64,000 bases of DNA. It comes from Podarcis gaigeae. Its lineage: Eukaryota. Numbering within the stretch: position 1 is the first letter of the stretch; each line of letters starts with the position of its first letter. The DNA lies in NCBI GenBank assembly GCA_964106915.2, contig OZ066918.1, one strand, 5' to 3'. Below, in pieces: positions 46,532 to 58,685 of this stretch. The notes below the pieces were generated by a model. The model saw only the letters and a program-made list of their open reading frames with translations, was not told where the DNA came from and did no database searches. Made by a program: the position numbers and the translations under genes.

Positions 46532-47485
46532 CAGGGCTGGATATAGGTTTGTTGAGGCCCTAAGCTACTGAAGGTAATGGGGCCCTTTATATGTCCAGCT
46601 GTCCTTTGTCAACAACAAATTGTCACTGTTTTTCGTGTTGAATATATGCTATATGGTAATTTATGGACCTAACAGGTACCTAAAGCCATTTGCACATGCA
46701 AAATGTAGGCACCCTATATATAGAAATGAGCAAACCAGTGATATTTTAGGGAGCAGGCTAGCAGGCGGGGCCCATTACTTACATCATAGGAGCCTACACA
46801 ACACAAAACACCGTTGCTGTATGTAGGCTTTATTTTATTTGTTTTTTATCTTTTATTTTGGAAATGTACATCCAGTTTTTTTCCTTTAATTTTTGGGCGG
46901 GCCTTGAAGAGAGTGGGGCCCTATGCTACAGCTTGTTTGTTGTTGTTCTTGTGTTGTTTAGTCATTTAGTCGTGCCTGACTCTTTATGACCCCATGGACC
47001 AGAGCATGCCAGGCACTTCTGTCTTCCACTGCCTCCCGCAGTTTGGTCAAACTCATGCTGGTAGCTTTGAGAACACTATCCAACCATCTCGTCCTCTGTC
47101 GTCCCCTTCTCCTTGTGCCCTCCATCTTTCCCAACATGAGTGTCTTTTCCAGGGAGTCTTCTCTTCTCATGAGGTGGCCAAAGTATTGGAGCCTCAGCTT
47201 CAGGATTTGTCCTTCCAGTGAGCACTCAGGGCTGATTTCCTTCAGAATGGATAAGTTTGATCTTCTTGCAGTCCATGGGATTCTCAAGAGTCTCCTCCAG
47301 CACCATAATTCAAATGCATCAATTTTTCGGCGACCAGCCTTCTTTATGGTCTAGCTCTCACTTCCATACATCACTACTGGGAAAACCATAGCTTTTACTA
47401 TATGGACCTTTGTTGGTAAGGTGAGGTCTCTACTTTTTAAGATGCTGTCTAAAGCTTGTTTAGCTTATACTTAAATCTGGCACTG
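46532..47485. mobile_element. hAT MITE interrupted near its right end by BovB
   Basis: Ends CAGGGCTGGAT / ATCTGGCACTG; 8-bp TSD GATACAGG / GATACAAG. Confidence 0.85.
46939..47452 (-). mobile_element. BovB LINE 3' fragment
   Basis: ORF 46958-47287 matches the BovB C-terminus; TSD AGCTTGTTT at 46930-46938 and 47453-47461. Confidence 0.95.
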
Positions 47486-48897
47486 GATACAAGAGTCATC
47501 ACAAAAATGACTGGGTCCACTCCTTGGATCAACAGCCTGGTGAACACACACAGGGAGGGGGGAATGGATCACTATGATTCTGCTTTGATCCATAAAGCTA
47601 TGCTGAGACAACGGTTCTCTATCCCCTCTTCGCCTTTCTTAAAAGTACCATTTGCACTTGCAGCAGCACAGGATTCCTCTCAGAAGTTTCCTTACTCCCA
47701 GAACTTCCTACACTAATCATGTGAGTTTGCATGGTCACATGGTCATTCTAAAAAGTGCTCCTGGCAGGGAAGCTTTTGAGAGAAGAGCCACACACAGACA
47801 GACACAGACCCTATCGCTGCAGCAGGTAGAAGTCCCGACACACAGAAAATAGATCACTTTGCATACTTAACGAGGCAAAAATCAAAAGCAACTTTGTCGA
47901 AGCTCTTTGCCCTGCTTGCCTTTTTGTAGCTCTATTCACTTTGCATGCACTAGCCTTCGTACAGCTGAAGATGATCATTGTGAAAGGTTTTGCCCAGCTC
48001 AACCTAAAATAGTTGCTGAGTCTTCATTTTAAAAGAATCATAGATTCATGATAAAGTAAGGCTTGAAGGAATCTGTCAGAATGCACCCTAAAATTAATCA
48101 CATAAAACTAGTACAGTGGGAGGGTCATTCTATCTTACAAACATATCAATTTTCTGCTAGTCATTTCTCTATTAAAAGGGAACAGCGGCAAGAATGAAAA
48201 GCAAAATGTGCACATGCACATACTGTATGTACAGAGAACGTCAATTATATTGACCTTGTACAAGAGGGCATATTGACTTTACGGAACCCAAGTGCTTTCC
48301 ATGAATTTAGTTAATATTTGCGGAAGAGTTTGCCCAACTCCTTGTAAGAATTAGCATTAGTATGAAGAAATGTTGCTTTTGTTGTTGTTTGAAGAAAAAA
48401 ATACCCAAATCATTGTCTACTTAGACACTGCCAAAAAAGAGGACAAAAGAGGAAACAAGAGTCAATAAAATTTGTGTTTGCTAATTTATATGTAAAGATG
48501 TACATTTAGAACTTATTGCTATAAATTAAACAGAAATGCAATACATTGCACCATAGTGCGGAAGACTGTAAACAGATGACCTGTTCACCTGATCAGTCTG
48601 GTGTCAAGGTGCTATTGATGGGCAAGTTCAAGGCCTACTCTTCCCTCTTATGGTTCTATCTTTAAGCCAGGCTTACACCGGACAGGCCTTCAAAGAGAGG
48701 GCTATCCTCTGAAACCCTTTCTAATAGAGTGACTTCTGTTAAGTAGGGCACATGGCCACCCCATTTCCACTTTATTCTTAACATTGCTTTAATGCCTGAG
48801 GTTGAAGTAGCAGTTCAAGCAACTTGTGGTAGGATCTGGTTTCCTTTTCTCAAATATTTATGAAGGAATTGGTGTGAAAGTATCAAACCATAGGATC

Positions 48898-49435
48898 TCT
48901 CAAGGAGGGCAACCAAGATGATCAAGGGTCTGGAAACCAAGCTTTATGAGGATTGGTTGAAGGAGCTGGGTATCCTTAGCCTGGAAAAGAGGAGATTGGG
49001 AGAAGATATGACAACCACCTTCAAATATCTCAAAGGCTGTCACCTGGAAGAGGGAGCATTGCAAGCTTGTTTTCTCCTGCTCTGAAGGGTGGACTCGAAC
49101 CAATGGCTTCAAGTTACAAGAAAGGAGATTCTGACTAAACATCAGGAAGAACTTTGTGACAGTAAGAGCTGTTTGACAGTGGAATGTTCTCCCTCAGGAG
49201 GTTGTGGACTCTCCTTCCTTTGGAGGTTTTTAAGCAGAGGTTGGATGGCTGTCTGTTATGGATGCTTTAGCTCAGGCTTTCTCAACCTCAGCCTTCCAGA
49301 TGCTTTTGGCCTACATCTCCCATGATCCCTAGCTAGCAGGACCAGTGGTCAGGGATGATGGGAAATGTAGTCTCAAAACATCTCAAGGGCCAAGGCTGAG
49401 GAAGCCTGCTTTAGCTGAAATTCATGCATTGCTGA
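48898..49435 (+). mobile_element. CR1 LINE 3' fragment (ORF2 end), interrupted by a MITE
   Basis: QRRATKMI.GL....YE..LKELG..SLEKRRLG.DM...FKYLKG motif of CR1 ORF2. Confidence 0.88.
49273..49408. mobile_element. 136-bp palindromic hAT MITE (opposite orientation to 25861)
   Basis: CAGGCTT / AAGCCTG TIRs; exact 8-bp TSD CTTTAGCT at 49265-49272 and 49409-49416. Confidence 0.93.
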
Positions 49436-52399
49436 TTCTTGTATCTCCTTCTTTTTACTCCTGTTTCCACCTCTCTTAATTCCTCTTCTTGTTTTCTTTT
49501 CTTCTAAGTAAAACAGGGGGTGGGGAAACAAGGGTGGTATGCACAAAGGAAATGCCATGCACACTTTTTCACATTTATATCATTAAACTAATAGGCAGCT
49601 GGTAAAATTGAATTGGGCATAATTCCAGAAAGTTTCTAACTTTCTCTTTCCCCCCAATATTCTTCTCTCCATCTCCTGGAGCCATAGACATCACAGCCAC
49701 CATTGCCTAGTCTTCAAAGCTCACCCATGTGAACTCTTTTCTTAATGAGAGACCACTGGGTACTTTTCTGGGAGAGCCATTGCAGTTAAAACTGAAATCC
49801 AGCTACTTTGGGCCTCGGATCCAAAACCCCAACATTTTTTATGGGTGAGTTCAAGCTGTTTGATGTCCTTCAGCGGAGACCAAATGAGTGCTTAGCAACA
49901 GTATATTGCTTTGATGTTTGAAGGATGAGCTGGCATCTCCCCCACTGACTGAGGCTCTGTGTTCTCTGAGTTAGGGTGATGAGTAACTTAACCCTGCATG
50001 CGGTGTTGTGCATTGAGCTTATGTGGGTTTAAAGTAAGTGAGTTAACCTCCTCTTTGCTGGAAAGTCAGCTGGTGAATTAAGAGTGTTCTAGCTCGAGAA
50101 AGGGGATGGCATATTGGAAATCGGCTGGAAATAGAACTGGGATGAGTACTGAAGAACTGAGGAGGAAATTGATGACATGGAGACTGTTCGAGTTATGAAA
50201 CAGAAACTGGAGGGGAAAGACTTTTGTAAATCCCCAACCCTGATAATTTCAATTTTAGTAGGCATCCTCTGTTGCTGTATCCTCCTTGTAGATCTCCCAA
50301 CACAAATATGTCTGGCCAGCTCTCTTCATATGCCCAGAAGACATATTATAATTTATTTATTTTTTTAAATTGCATTGAATTAAACTGGTTAGCCATTGTG
50401 GGAGCCAAGGAAAACTATATTTTAAAAAATGAGACACAACTCAGCCCTCATTAAATACATTTTTAAGTGCCATTGATTTCAGTGACAGAGTTAGCACTTT
50501 CCCAGTGAAATCGCTTGAGACTTAAAAGTCCATTCCTTTGTCTGAATCATGCCCATAATAAATGAAAATGAAGACCCCAAAATAAACAAAATGATATGGT
50601 TAAATAGGGAAAACTGAGGCATGCAATATCCCTCTTCAAATATGATTGTTATTTGCTGCCAGCCAAACAGATGGCACATTCAACTGGTTGCATGGAATTG
50701 CCACATCTCAGTATGCTTTGTTGTCCCTGATAAACGTGACTAGCATTAGCACATGACCCAGGGTCTATGGAAGATTGACTGGCTCACTGAGCCATGGTCC
50801 AGTGTCTTGGAGAGCAACAGATATACTGTCCTAAAGTATGCAGCGCAATGGGAGAAGAGTAGGCAAACTTCTACCATGTTCTCTAATACATTCAACAAGT
50901 TCAGTTCTGTTACATCATGACATGTCTTCAAACTATCTCCTCTCCTCTGCACCTCTGCACATTCCTCTGCACCTCTGCACATTCCATTTCTTACTTCCAG
51001 TGGCCTGCGCACATATCAGAAGTGGTCCATACCCTACATTTTTGTTCCAAGGCTCTGTGTGTAGACCTCTGTGCAAATGGCATCTCAGCTGCTTGAGGGT
51101 CAGGAATGGGGCGAGCACCCAGAAGGAACAACCCCACCCCAATGCCAATGAAACTTTCCTATCATTCATAACCATTTAATAATGAATGTGGATTGACACA
51201 GTCTTCCCAAATGAGTCATGAAAACTGTTGAATACAACACAGGATTACATTATCTTTCATGCAGAAATGAAAGAAAAAGAAGAAAAGAATTGTAAATCAT
51301 GAAATAAGACAACAACAAAAATGGCTCATCAAACGTAGTCTGAAATGTATTAGGCCATGTGCTAATTGAGATGGGCTGTTACAAGCTGCAGAGCATGATA
51401 TTTAATTAGATGAGTAATGAGTGACACATTTTTGAAGTCCTGGAGTTTTGGTTAAATGGGTTTTTTACTTTTTACTTCTGTGTTTCTGAAAGTGAAAGAA
51501 AAGGTCATAAGGAAACGAGACCCCCCCCCCAAAAAAATCATTTGACAGCAGCCTGATTCAATAAGGTGCTAGTGGAAACTGTTATAAAGCCCAGTAGCAA
51601 GGTGTCTTGCCCCTTGGGTTCTAGTTCCCCATTGTTTGATTTTACCCTTTACTTTGGAGTCTGAAAGTTGGAAGAACCCTGAAACTTTAAGCCAACATAT
51701 TGAGACCTGATCGATGCTCACCCAGGAGTTTTGTTCAATAATATTTACTGGTCCCTTTTAACTTGAGTTACTGGGGATTGTACCTAGGACCTTCATGCAA
51801 AAATATCCTCTGTCGGTGAGCTATGATCTTCCTCCTGTAGAGCATAAAATTAGTCAACAGCACGGCACCCATGAGAACATTTACTCACAGAGGCCTTCCA
51901 CAGAGTCTCACCCCCCCCCCACTGAAATTAGGGATGAAATACACATTCTATTGTAGTGCTTATAATGGGTTGTGGTATATGTGTCTGTAGTCGCCATGAA
52001 ATTTTGTCAAGTTTGCAAATGTAGTCATGGGCCCCCAAAATGTTCAATGTCCCTGTTATATTGTATATGCTTTTTGCAAAGTTATTTTTTCATGGAATTG
52101 TCAGTCACTACCGTAGAAGAGTTATTCTTAAAGAGCTAAACACAATCCCAATGGCATTTGTCTCTTTTTCACTAGCATTTGCCCAATGCTATAAATTAAA
52201 TGATTTTGGACCACCAGCTTTGCTGTAGAAAACCTTGTGTAAGCTTGATCACTACCTAGATAGAGAAACCACCTGAAAGAAATCACTCTGTCACCAAAGA
52301 AAGAGCAACATAATAGAAAAATAAATAACAAATATTTGATGATTTGTTATAACCGCTAATTCCGATACAATACTTCAGCTCAACATTTCTCTCACGTTG

Positions 52400-52740
52400 T
52401 ATCTGCATATTTGTTTTCAACACTCCTCCAAGTGTCAGCTGCATTTGTGGACCACCTTGTCTTCCTAACATTCAAGAGAAGATAATTGTAACAAAGTGTA
52501 ACTATCTTGAGTCAGGAGCAACCATGGTATCAGATTAGTGTTTTCTGGTTACCATGGAAACAACAGATGCACCAGAACGGAAGCTTCTTGTGAAAGGGGG
52601 TGGGTGTGGAGAGAATGCAATTGCTCCTAATATCATCCATGTTAAAATATCGCTACAGCAACATCAGTAAATTGGCTCCTCCGGCTTTGGAGATTTCTCT
52701 TCATGGTGATTGAAAAGCCTTATTTGAATATGCAAGGACA
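52400..52740. promoter_or_regulatory. Candidate enhancer with RFX X-box, AP-1, E-box and ETS motifs
   Basis: GTTACCATGGAAAC at 52548-52561, TGAGTCA at 52509-52515, CAGATG, CGGAAG. Confidence 0.4.
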
Positions 52741-52990
52741 TAACTTTGATGTGAATGTAGAGATGCGGTGGGCAACAAACAGTGTTTTTGTCTTGTGGCT
52801 ATGGGCCTGTTAGGTTGGGAAAATTTGGATTCCAGACTAGGATCACAAACCTACAGCTCTAATAGTGCTAGAGAGTCTGTTCTCCAGTTCATAATCAATG
52901 ATGTTTCCAAAACTCTCTGCTCATCTAGATCTTGCTGCAGAATTTGGCTTCACAGTTACACTGACTTGTTTCTAAAGTGGGGGTGACATA

Positions 52991-53227
52991 CAGTGGTACC
53001 TCGGGTTAAGAACTTAATTCATTCTGGAGATCTGTTCTTAATCTGAAACTGTTCTTTACCTGAGGTACCACTTTAGCTAATGGGGCCTCCCACTGCCGCT
53101 GCTGCTGCACGATTTCTGTTCTCATTCTGAAGCAAAGTTCTTAACCTGAGGTACTAATTCTGGGTTAGCGGAGTCTGTAACCTGAAGCGTCTGTAACCTG
53201 AAGCCTCTGTAACCCGAGGTACCACTG
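52991..53227. mobile_element. Tigger-like MITE
   Basis: TIR CAGTGGTACCTCGGGTTA / TAACCCGAGGTACCACTG, TA TSD, internal (TCTGTAACCTGAAGC) repeats. Confidence 0.93.
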
Positions 53228-53479
53228 TACAGTATTAGGTATTCTCTATTTTTTTCTTTAAAAAAATATTTTCTCAATTAATTAAAAACTTTTCTACCTC
53301 ACCTCTCAGTAAAAAGCAGTCAAAGGAACCTCGCACTAAAACCATCAGTAGCAGTAGCACAGCAAGAGTTCTGTTCCTGTTGTTCATTGTGCTGTTGGCA
53401 GCCAGTACTTCTCCCCTTCCCCACAATGTCCTCTTGAAACAATGTAAGTCATGAGGACTCTCATTATCAGTTGCCATTT

Positions 53480-53575
53480 CATAGAATGATAGTTGGAAGG
53501 AACCCCAAGGGTCATCAAGTCCAACCCCCCCCCCCCCGAGCCCGGCCTTGGCTGGGGAGGGCGGGGTATAAATAA

Positions 53576-53628
<53 letters not shown>

Positions 53629-53645
53629 CATTATTGCAAGAATCT
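53480..53645. mobile_element. CR1-type tail (minus) with an inserted L2-like 3' tip and (TTA)n (plus)
   Basis: CATAGAAT...GTTGGAAGG...AGTCCAACCCC, then GAGCCCGGCCTTGGCTGGGGAGGGCGGGGTATAAATAAA(TTA)n, then TGCAAGAAT resumes. Confidence 0.7.
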
Positions 53646-55773
53646 CCCCCTCCACAGTGTTCTTATAACAATGCTATGGCCCACAGGCTTGCAACTATTT
53701 CCTTTCCTTTCCACGTCCATATCAGTGCATAAAGGCTTTTATAATAGTATAAGCTTTCAATTTATACGATGAATCCTCTGCACACAGGTTTGTAAAATGT
53801 TGTTCGCTCCACTCGACCAGCATTTTCAAACTAGCAAATTCCATGAAAGATCAGCTTTCCACTTCCCTAATTCTGTGCCGCTGTTTCTGCTGTCTCTCGA
53901 GACAGACGGATGCCAAAAACAGCTTGCTCTGTTGGGCAAAGCTGCAAGAGATACAAAGTTGAAATTCTCTTGTCCAGTATTTTACAGTGGCGGGGAGAGC
54001 AGGGTGTTAAAAGTATTACAACCATGAGACGAGGGTAAGGCAAATTATTTTCAGGTGCTGCTTTAAGAATACATGTTCTATCTCTTCTCATGAATAATAA
54101 AAGGAAGCCAGTCACCCGCTCTCTACGTTTAAAAGGCATATAAAAGAGAAGTACGTGCACTATGGAGAAAAATCTTATGGAGTGTTGCTACCCTCTCTGT
54201 GCAAGTGATGATTTTGTAGGAATTTCTTTTGTGTGCATGAAAAAGGTTCTGCAGTGGTGTCATGCAATAAACTTATGATTGACAGAGCAAATATTAGGAT
54301 TTCTGCCAACACAGAGAAGTACTGTTTTGACAACTGTGTCATCGTGAATAGGAGTTACGGAAAGAGCACACTGCAGCATCTAGCTTGGGCCTATGAGGAG
54401 GTCTGATCAAGTGACTCATTCAAAAATTAAAAAAGGTGTTCCTTTGCAATGATAATTCTGTGGAGGGAAACTTAAGTCCATGCTATCCAATTTGTGAAAT
54501 GCTGTTGTGAACCGCCTTCAGATGAAGGTTGGTATACAAATGCAATTAATAATAAAGGAATGTCCCCCTTGACAATATATATTTTGCACAGAATTGCATA
54601 AACGATTTCTAACTCAGCCACAAAGCATTATATTATGTGAATGAAAAGCTCTCATTGGGTGCTTCTGCCAACTGATGATGAAAGGTAGTTTGTAGAATAA
54701 GTTAAACATAAACATTTTCAGAAATACAGCTTGACAAACTTTCAACATTTAAAACTCCCACAAACTTTAAAATTTATTCTTAAATCCTCTTAGCAGTAAA
54801 CACTGTTTTGAGTACAGTTGACTCTCAACTTAAGCGAGGGTTACATTCCAGGGATAATGCATAAAACTAAAATCATATATATACACTCTCCCTGCACCCC
54901 CAAATTCTCTCCCAAGGTGGGTACTATGGCAGGTGGGATTGCCAACTCCCCCCGCCCGCTTGATGTCCGCCCCTTTTAATTTTTAAAAATTATAATACAT
55001 TTTTTGGCCCTGCACATAAAGCTGAATTTGCACAAGTTAAATGCTGGAATATTCTGAAATGAATAATAGACTCTATTCCTACGTGGGTTAGCCAATTGCT
55101 GCCATACTTTGTGCAACTGCTATAGCTTATAAAAGGGTCACTGATCACTGGGATCACACAACATTCCTATAGTCAATTGTTTGATGGGCGGTGGGGAGGC
55201 ATTTGAGCTGAGCTGACTGTTTCATGGAAGAAATATTGATGATCAAACACCACCCCAATTATTATTGTGACTATTTCTGCCTTGCTGAAAAGAAGCATCA
55301 CATGCCCAAGACAAAAAATCCACAAAAACTAAGGAAGGGAATCTTTCTAGGGGCAGAGGCAGGTTTTTTAATTATGTTGTGTTTTGCATGTTATCATCTT
55401 GTTCTGTTTGGAGAGGGATCTGGAAGTTCAGCCACATTTTGATATGTATGATTCTCCGTTGATCTCCAGTAATGACACTTTTTTCTTTTTTATGCCCTGT
55501 CCTTCAGTCTCCGGATCGTTTATTAATCCGTTCTTTACTCCCAATGTGCAACATAAGTTAGTCTTGCTTATTCAGTCATGTGAAAAAAAATGGATTCCAT
55601 ATGTTCTCCCTTTTGAGCTACGGGTTTTTCTTGAGTCAGCAGGAGCAATGTTTGATCTTTTGCTATTTTTAGGTACTTATTTTGCATACAGTTTAGCATC
55701 CCAGCAGAACTGTGCATGACTCCCCATTCTAAAGCCCAGGAGTTCTACTGGTATGACCTCATGTCCCATTCAA

Positions 55774-56020
55774 AGAAAAAGCATTTGGATTTGATATCCC
55801 ACAGTATCACTACCCGAAGGAGTCTCAAAGCGGCTAACATTCTCCTTTCCCTTCCTCCCCCGCAACAAACACTCTGTGAGGTGAGTGGGGCTGAGAGACT
55901 TCAGAGAAGTGTGACTAGCCCAAGGTCACCCAGCAGCTGCATGTGGAGGAGCGGGGAAGCGAACCCAGTTCCCCAGATTACGAGTCTACCGCTCTTAACC
56001 ACTACCCTACACTGGCTCTC
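55774..56020 (-). mobile_element. Squam3-like tRNA/CORE SINE
   Basis: Near-identical to 12492-12755. Confidence 0.92.
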
Positions 56021-56711
56021 AAAAGCAAACATGTAGCCTTGCACCATTTTTATTTGCTGATCAAGATACAAATTCATGTATATGCACACCATTCCCCTGG
56101 TTCTCCATTTGCCATCTCCAGAGAAGGGTCTCAAGGAGTGGTGAGGATGCCCTGCAACAGAATCAAGGGTAGCCTTATATTTGGCTTCAGATGCTACATA
56201 TTGGCTCCATTGCCCTTGGTAGAAAAGAAGAAATAAATGGAAATGTGAAGACCAAAGCAAATACAACTGATCAAGAGAGGGACAGGGCAGGTGGGGGGAA
56301 TTAAAGCATCTTAGTGTAAAATACAGGGCTTCAAAAAGAGCTGAGTAAAGATCTACACAGGGAAAACAGAGAGTCAACGAGCCTTGCCGTACAGTATGAA
56401 GACGTCACATTGCCAAATGAAAGAAAGCAATGTGGGAATGGACTGTTGAGTGGGTTTACGGGCAACAGAAGATGAGGAGGAGAGAACAGGTTGGGAAGGA
56501 GGGATATGCCAAACAAAAAGGAGAAACTTAGTGCAGCAAATATAGACACAAAAAGGAAACATCATCCATATGTCTTCCCCACAATGGCATCCTTGTCTCT
56601 TTTAACATGGGAGAAGGAAAATTGAAACTGATGAACTAATGAAGGTGATTTGTTTGTGCTTTAATATTTCTGGTCTTATTTGATCACTGGCCTACTTTGG
56701 GAACTTGACAA

Positions 56712-56715
<4 letters not shown>

Positions 56716-56748
<33 letters not shown>
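56716..56748. repeat. (CA)n microsatellite
   Basis: Direct reading. Confidence 0.97.
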
Positions 56749-56750
<2 letters not shown>

Positions 56751-57209
56751 AAATAAGGGTGGAAACCTCTAATACTCACCCATGTCACTTTATCATGTCT
56801 TCACTCCTGAGCCTGTTCCATCCTGTTTCCAGTGCTGGATTACCAAATAGGCAGAGTAGACACCTGCCTATAGGTCCCACACCTTTTAGGAGCCCTATGA
56901 CAATGGGTCAAAATAATAATGATTTGATCTTGAAAGAAAATTACATCAAGCTTTCTTAGTTCCACGTGTCAGGCAGAAGCAATTTTTAATTTTAATTTAT
57001 CTTTTAAAACATTTATTTCTCACCTTTTCCTCCATGGGGCAGAAGGTGGTGTACATAGAACCAAAGAATCACAGAACTGTAGAGTTGGAAGGGAACACAA
57101 GGGCCATCTAGTTCAGGAGAGGGGGCTGGCCTCTGAAGACTCCTGGGGGCAAAATGGAGAGTGTGGATGCCATGGGTTTCAGATTCCCATCCCTACCCCA
57201 AGCCTGTTA

Positions 57210-57890
57210 TTTCCCTGCACAGGAAGTCAAGGCGTTTAAATTTCAGTGTGGCGATGAATGCTGAAAAGAGACTCTTCACAAATTAGCCTACATAACAAGA
57301 AAGAATCTGTTGTTGAAACAGATTCACCAGTCACTCTTCAGCTGTTGTGGTGGGCTATTTGCAAGCATGCAGTTGCATTTAAATGCGGCTCCTTCTTACA
57401 GATGTTTTCTCAGGCGGAGCTCAAGGGAACATAGAGCCAGACGACACATTAATGCCTCTCACATGAAAAGCTGCCCAGCCAGCTCTTCCTGTTCAGAATT
57501 TTGAAGCCTTTTTGCCACCAGGTTTTTTTTTTAATAAAAAAAAACTAAACAAAGCTGGAGGGGATTGAAGTCATATACACAGGAAAGGAGGAACTGCTAG
57601 CTGGCTTTCTTCTTCTCCTCCTTCTGTGGGTGTTGTTTATCCCCAGATCTCTCTTTCATCACAGCTAACCTTCCCTAGGAGTTGGGGGAAGGGGAAGCAG
57701 CAGACTCGCATGAGACTCACATGAGATATTCACCACATCATTCATAATATTCCAATCCTGATTTTCAGATCAAGCTGCATCGTAAAGCAGTCTATGATAA
57801 ATCATGCTAATGATGCAAATAAGGCGCTCCTGATACAAACTGCAATTCTGAAACGCTTCATATTATTTTCTTCCTGCTGTAGGTACACCA
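57210..57890. promoter_or_regulatory. Candidate conserved non-coding element with HOX/PBX/POU motif cluster
   Basis: TCGTAAA at 57780, ATAAATCA at 57797, ATGCTAAT at 57804, ATGCAAAT at 57813; TE-free. Confidence 0.45.
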
Positions 57891-57897
57891 TTCAGAG

Positions 57898-58685
57898 CAG
57901 TGGTGGAGAACTTCAGGCCCGGGGGGCAAATGCAGCCCTCTGTAGACTCACCCAAATTTCTAATTGTCCTGCGATTTCTAGACATGGGTCAGAAAGTTTT
58001 TCCTTTTTCTTTTGTCGTCCCACTTTCCCTGGGAAAATTCCCTGTTTACTGCTAATTGGAACTACTGTGGATTAATATTTGTAAATTCGGCAGTAAACCA
58101 TGGGTTTCCCTGAGGAAAGCGACAGCCCCCCCCCCAAAGACACCCCAACCCCATCAGACCCCTGCCTAAAAATAACAGGACAATGAGAAGTGTGGGTGAG
58201 CCCTCTGTTGTGTATTCAGTGGTCTGTGTTTGCCTGAGCTTGAGTCTAGACTAAGGATTCTGAGCCCCTGTGTTCTGATTCGATACATGATATCCAATCA
58301 TGTAGCATTATCAGGTTTTGGGCTACTGGCATTGGCTCTTAAACTCTGAGTTACGATTTGCAGCTTGCAGGTTTAGACAGCCAATCACACTGAGAGTGGG
58401 AGTGGTCCAAGCCTTTAGAAATACATATAAGCAGTTGCTTTGCCCCTGTTGTTCAGTTCTGTTAGCTCAATAAAGTCTCTTACTGTGATTACTGTGTCTC
58501 ACCTCACACAAACCCATATACTCTTCACCCTCTGTCTGGCCCTTGAGACTTTCCACCTGGCTACACCCATGCTCAGCTACACCCCTACTTCATACCCTCC
58601 TTGAGAGCTTCGGGTCATCCTCCTCATATGAATCCACTTGCATGGAAGGGGGAAGGAGGATCACATGTTCCTGACCTGCCCCCTG
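57898..58685. mobile_element. hAT-like MITE split by a solo LTR
   Basis: CAGTGGTGGAGAAC..CAGGCCCGGGGGGCAAATGCAGCCCTC resumes as TGTCTGGCCCTTGAGAC after the LTR; right end approximate. Confidence 0.55.
57941..58527 (+). mobile_element. Solo LTR (587 bp) with promoter and polyA signals
   Basis: TGTAGA...TCTTCA termini, 5-bp TSD CCCTC at 57936-57940 and 58528-58532; CCAAT at about 58294 and 58381, TATATAA-like ATATAA at about 58425, AATAAA at 58469. Confidence 0.8.

Noticed and set aside
46986-47354. Recurrent antisense ORFs MTPWTRA / MDQS at 30.5, 47.0 and 63.3 kb
   Set aside because: Opposite-strand readings of BovB copies; recurrence reflects the repeat.
55901-56377. 158-aa ORF on the minus strand
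   Set aside because: Runs into a SINE; no homology recognisable.
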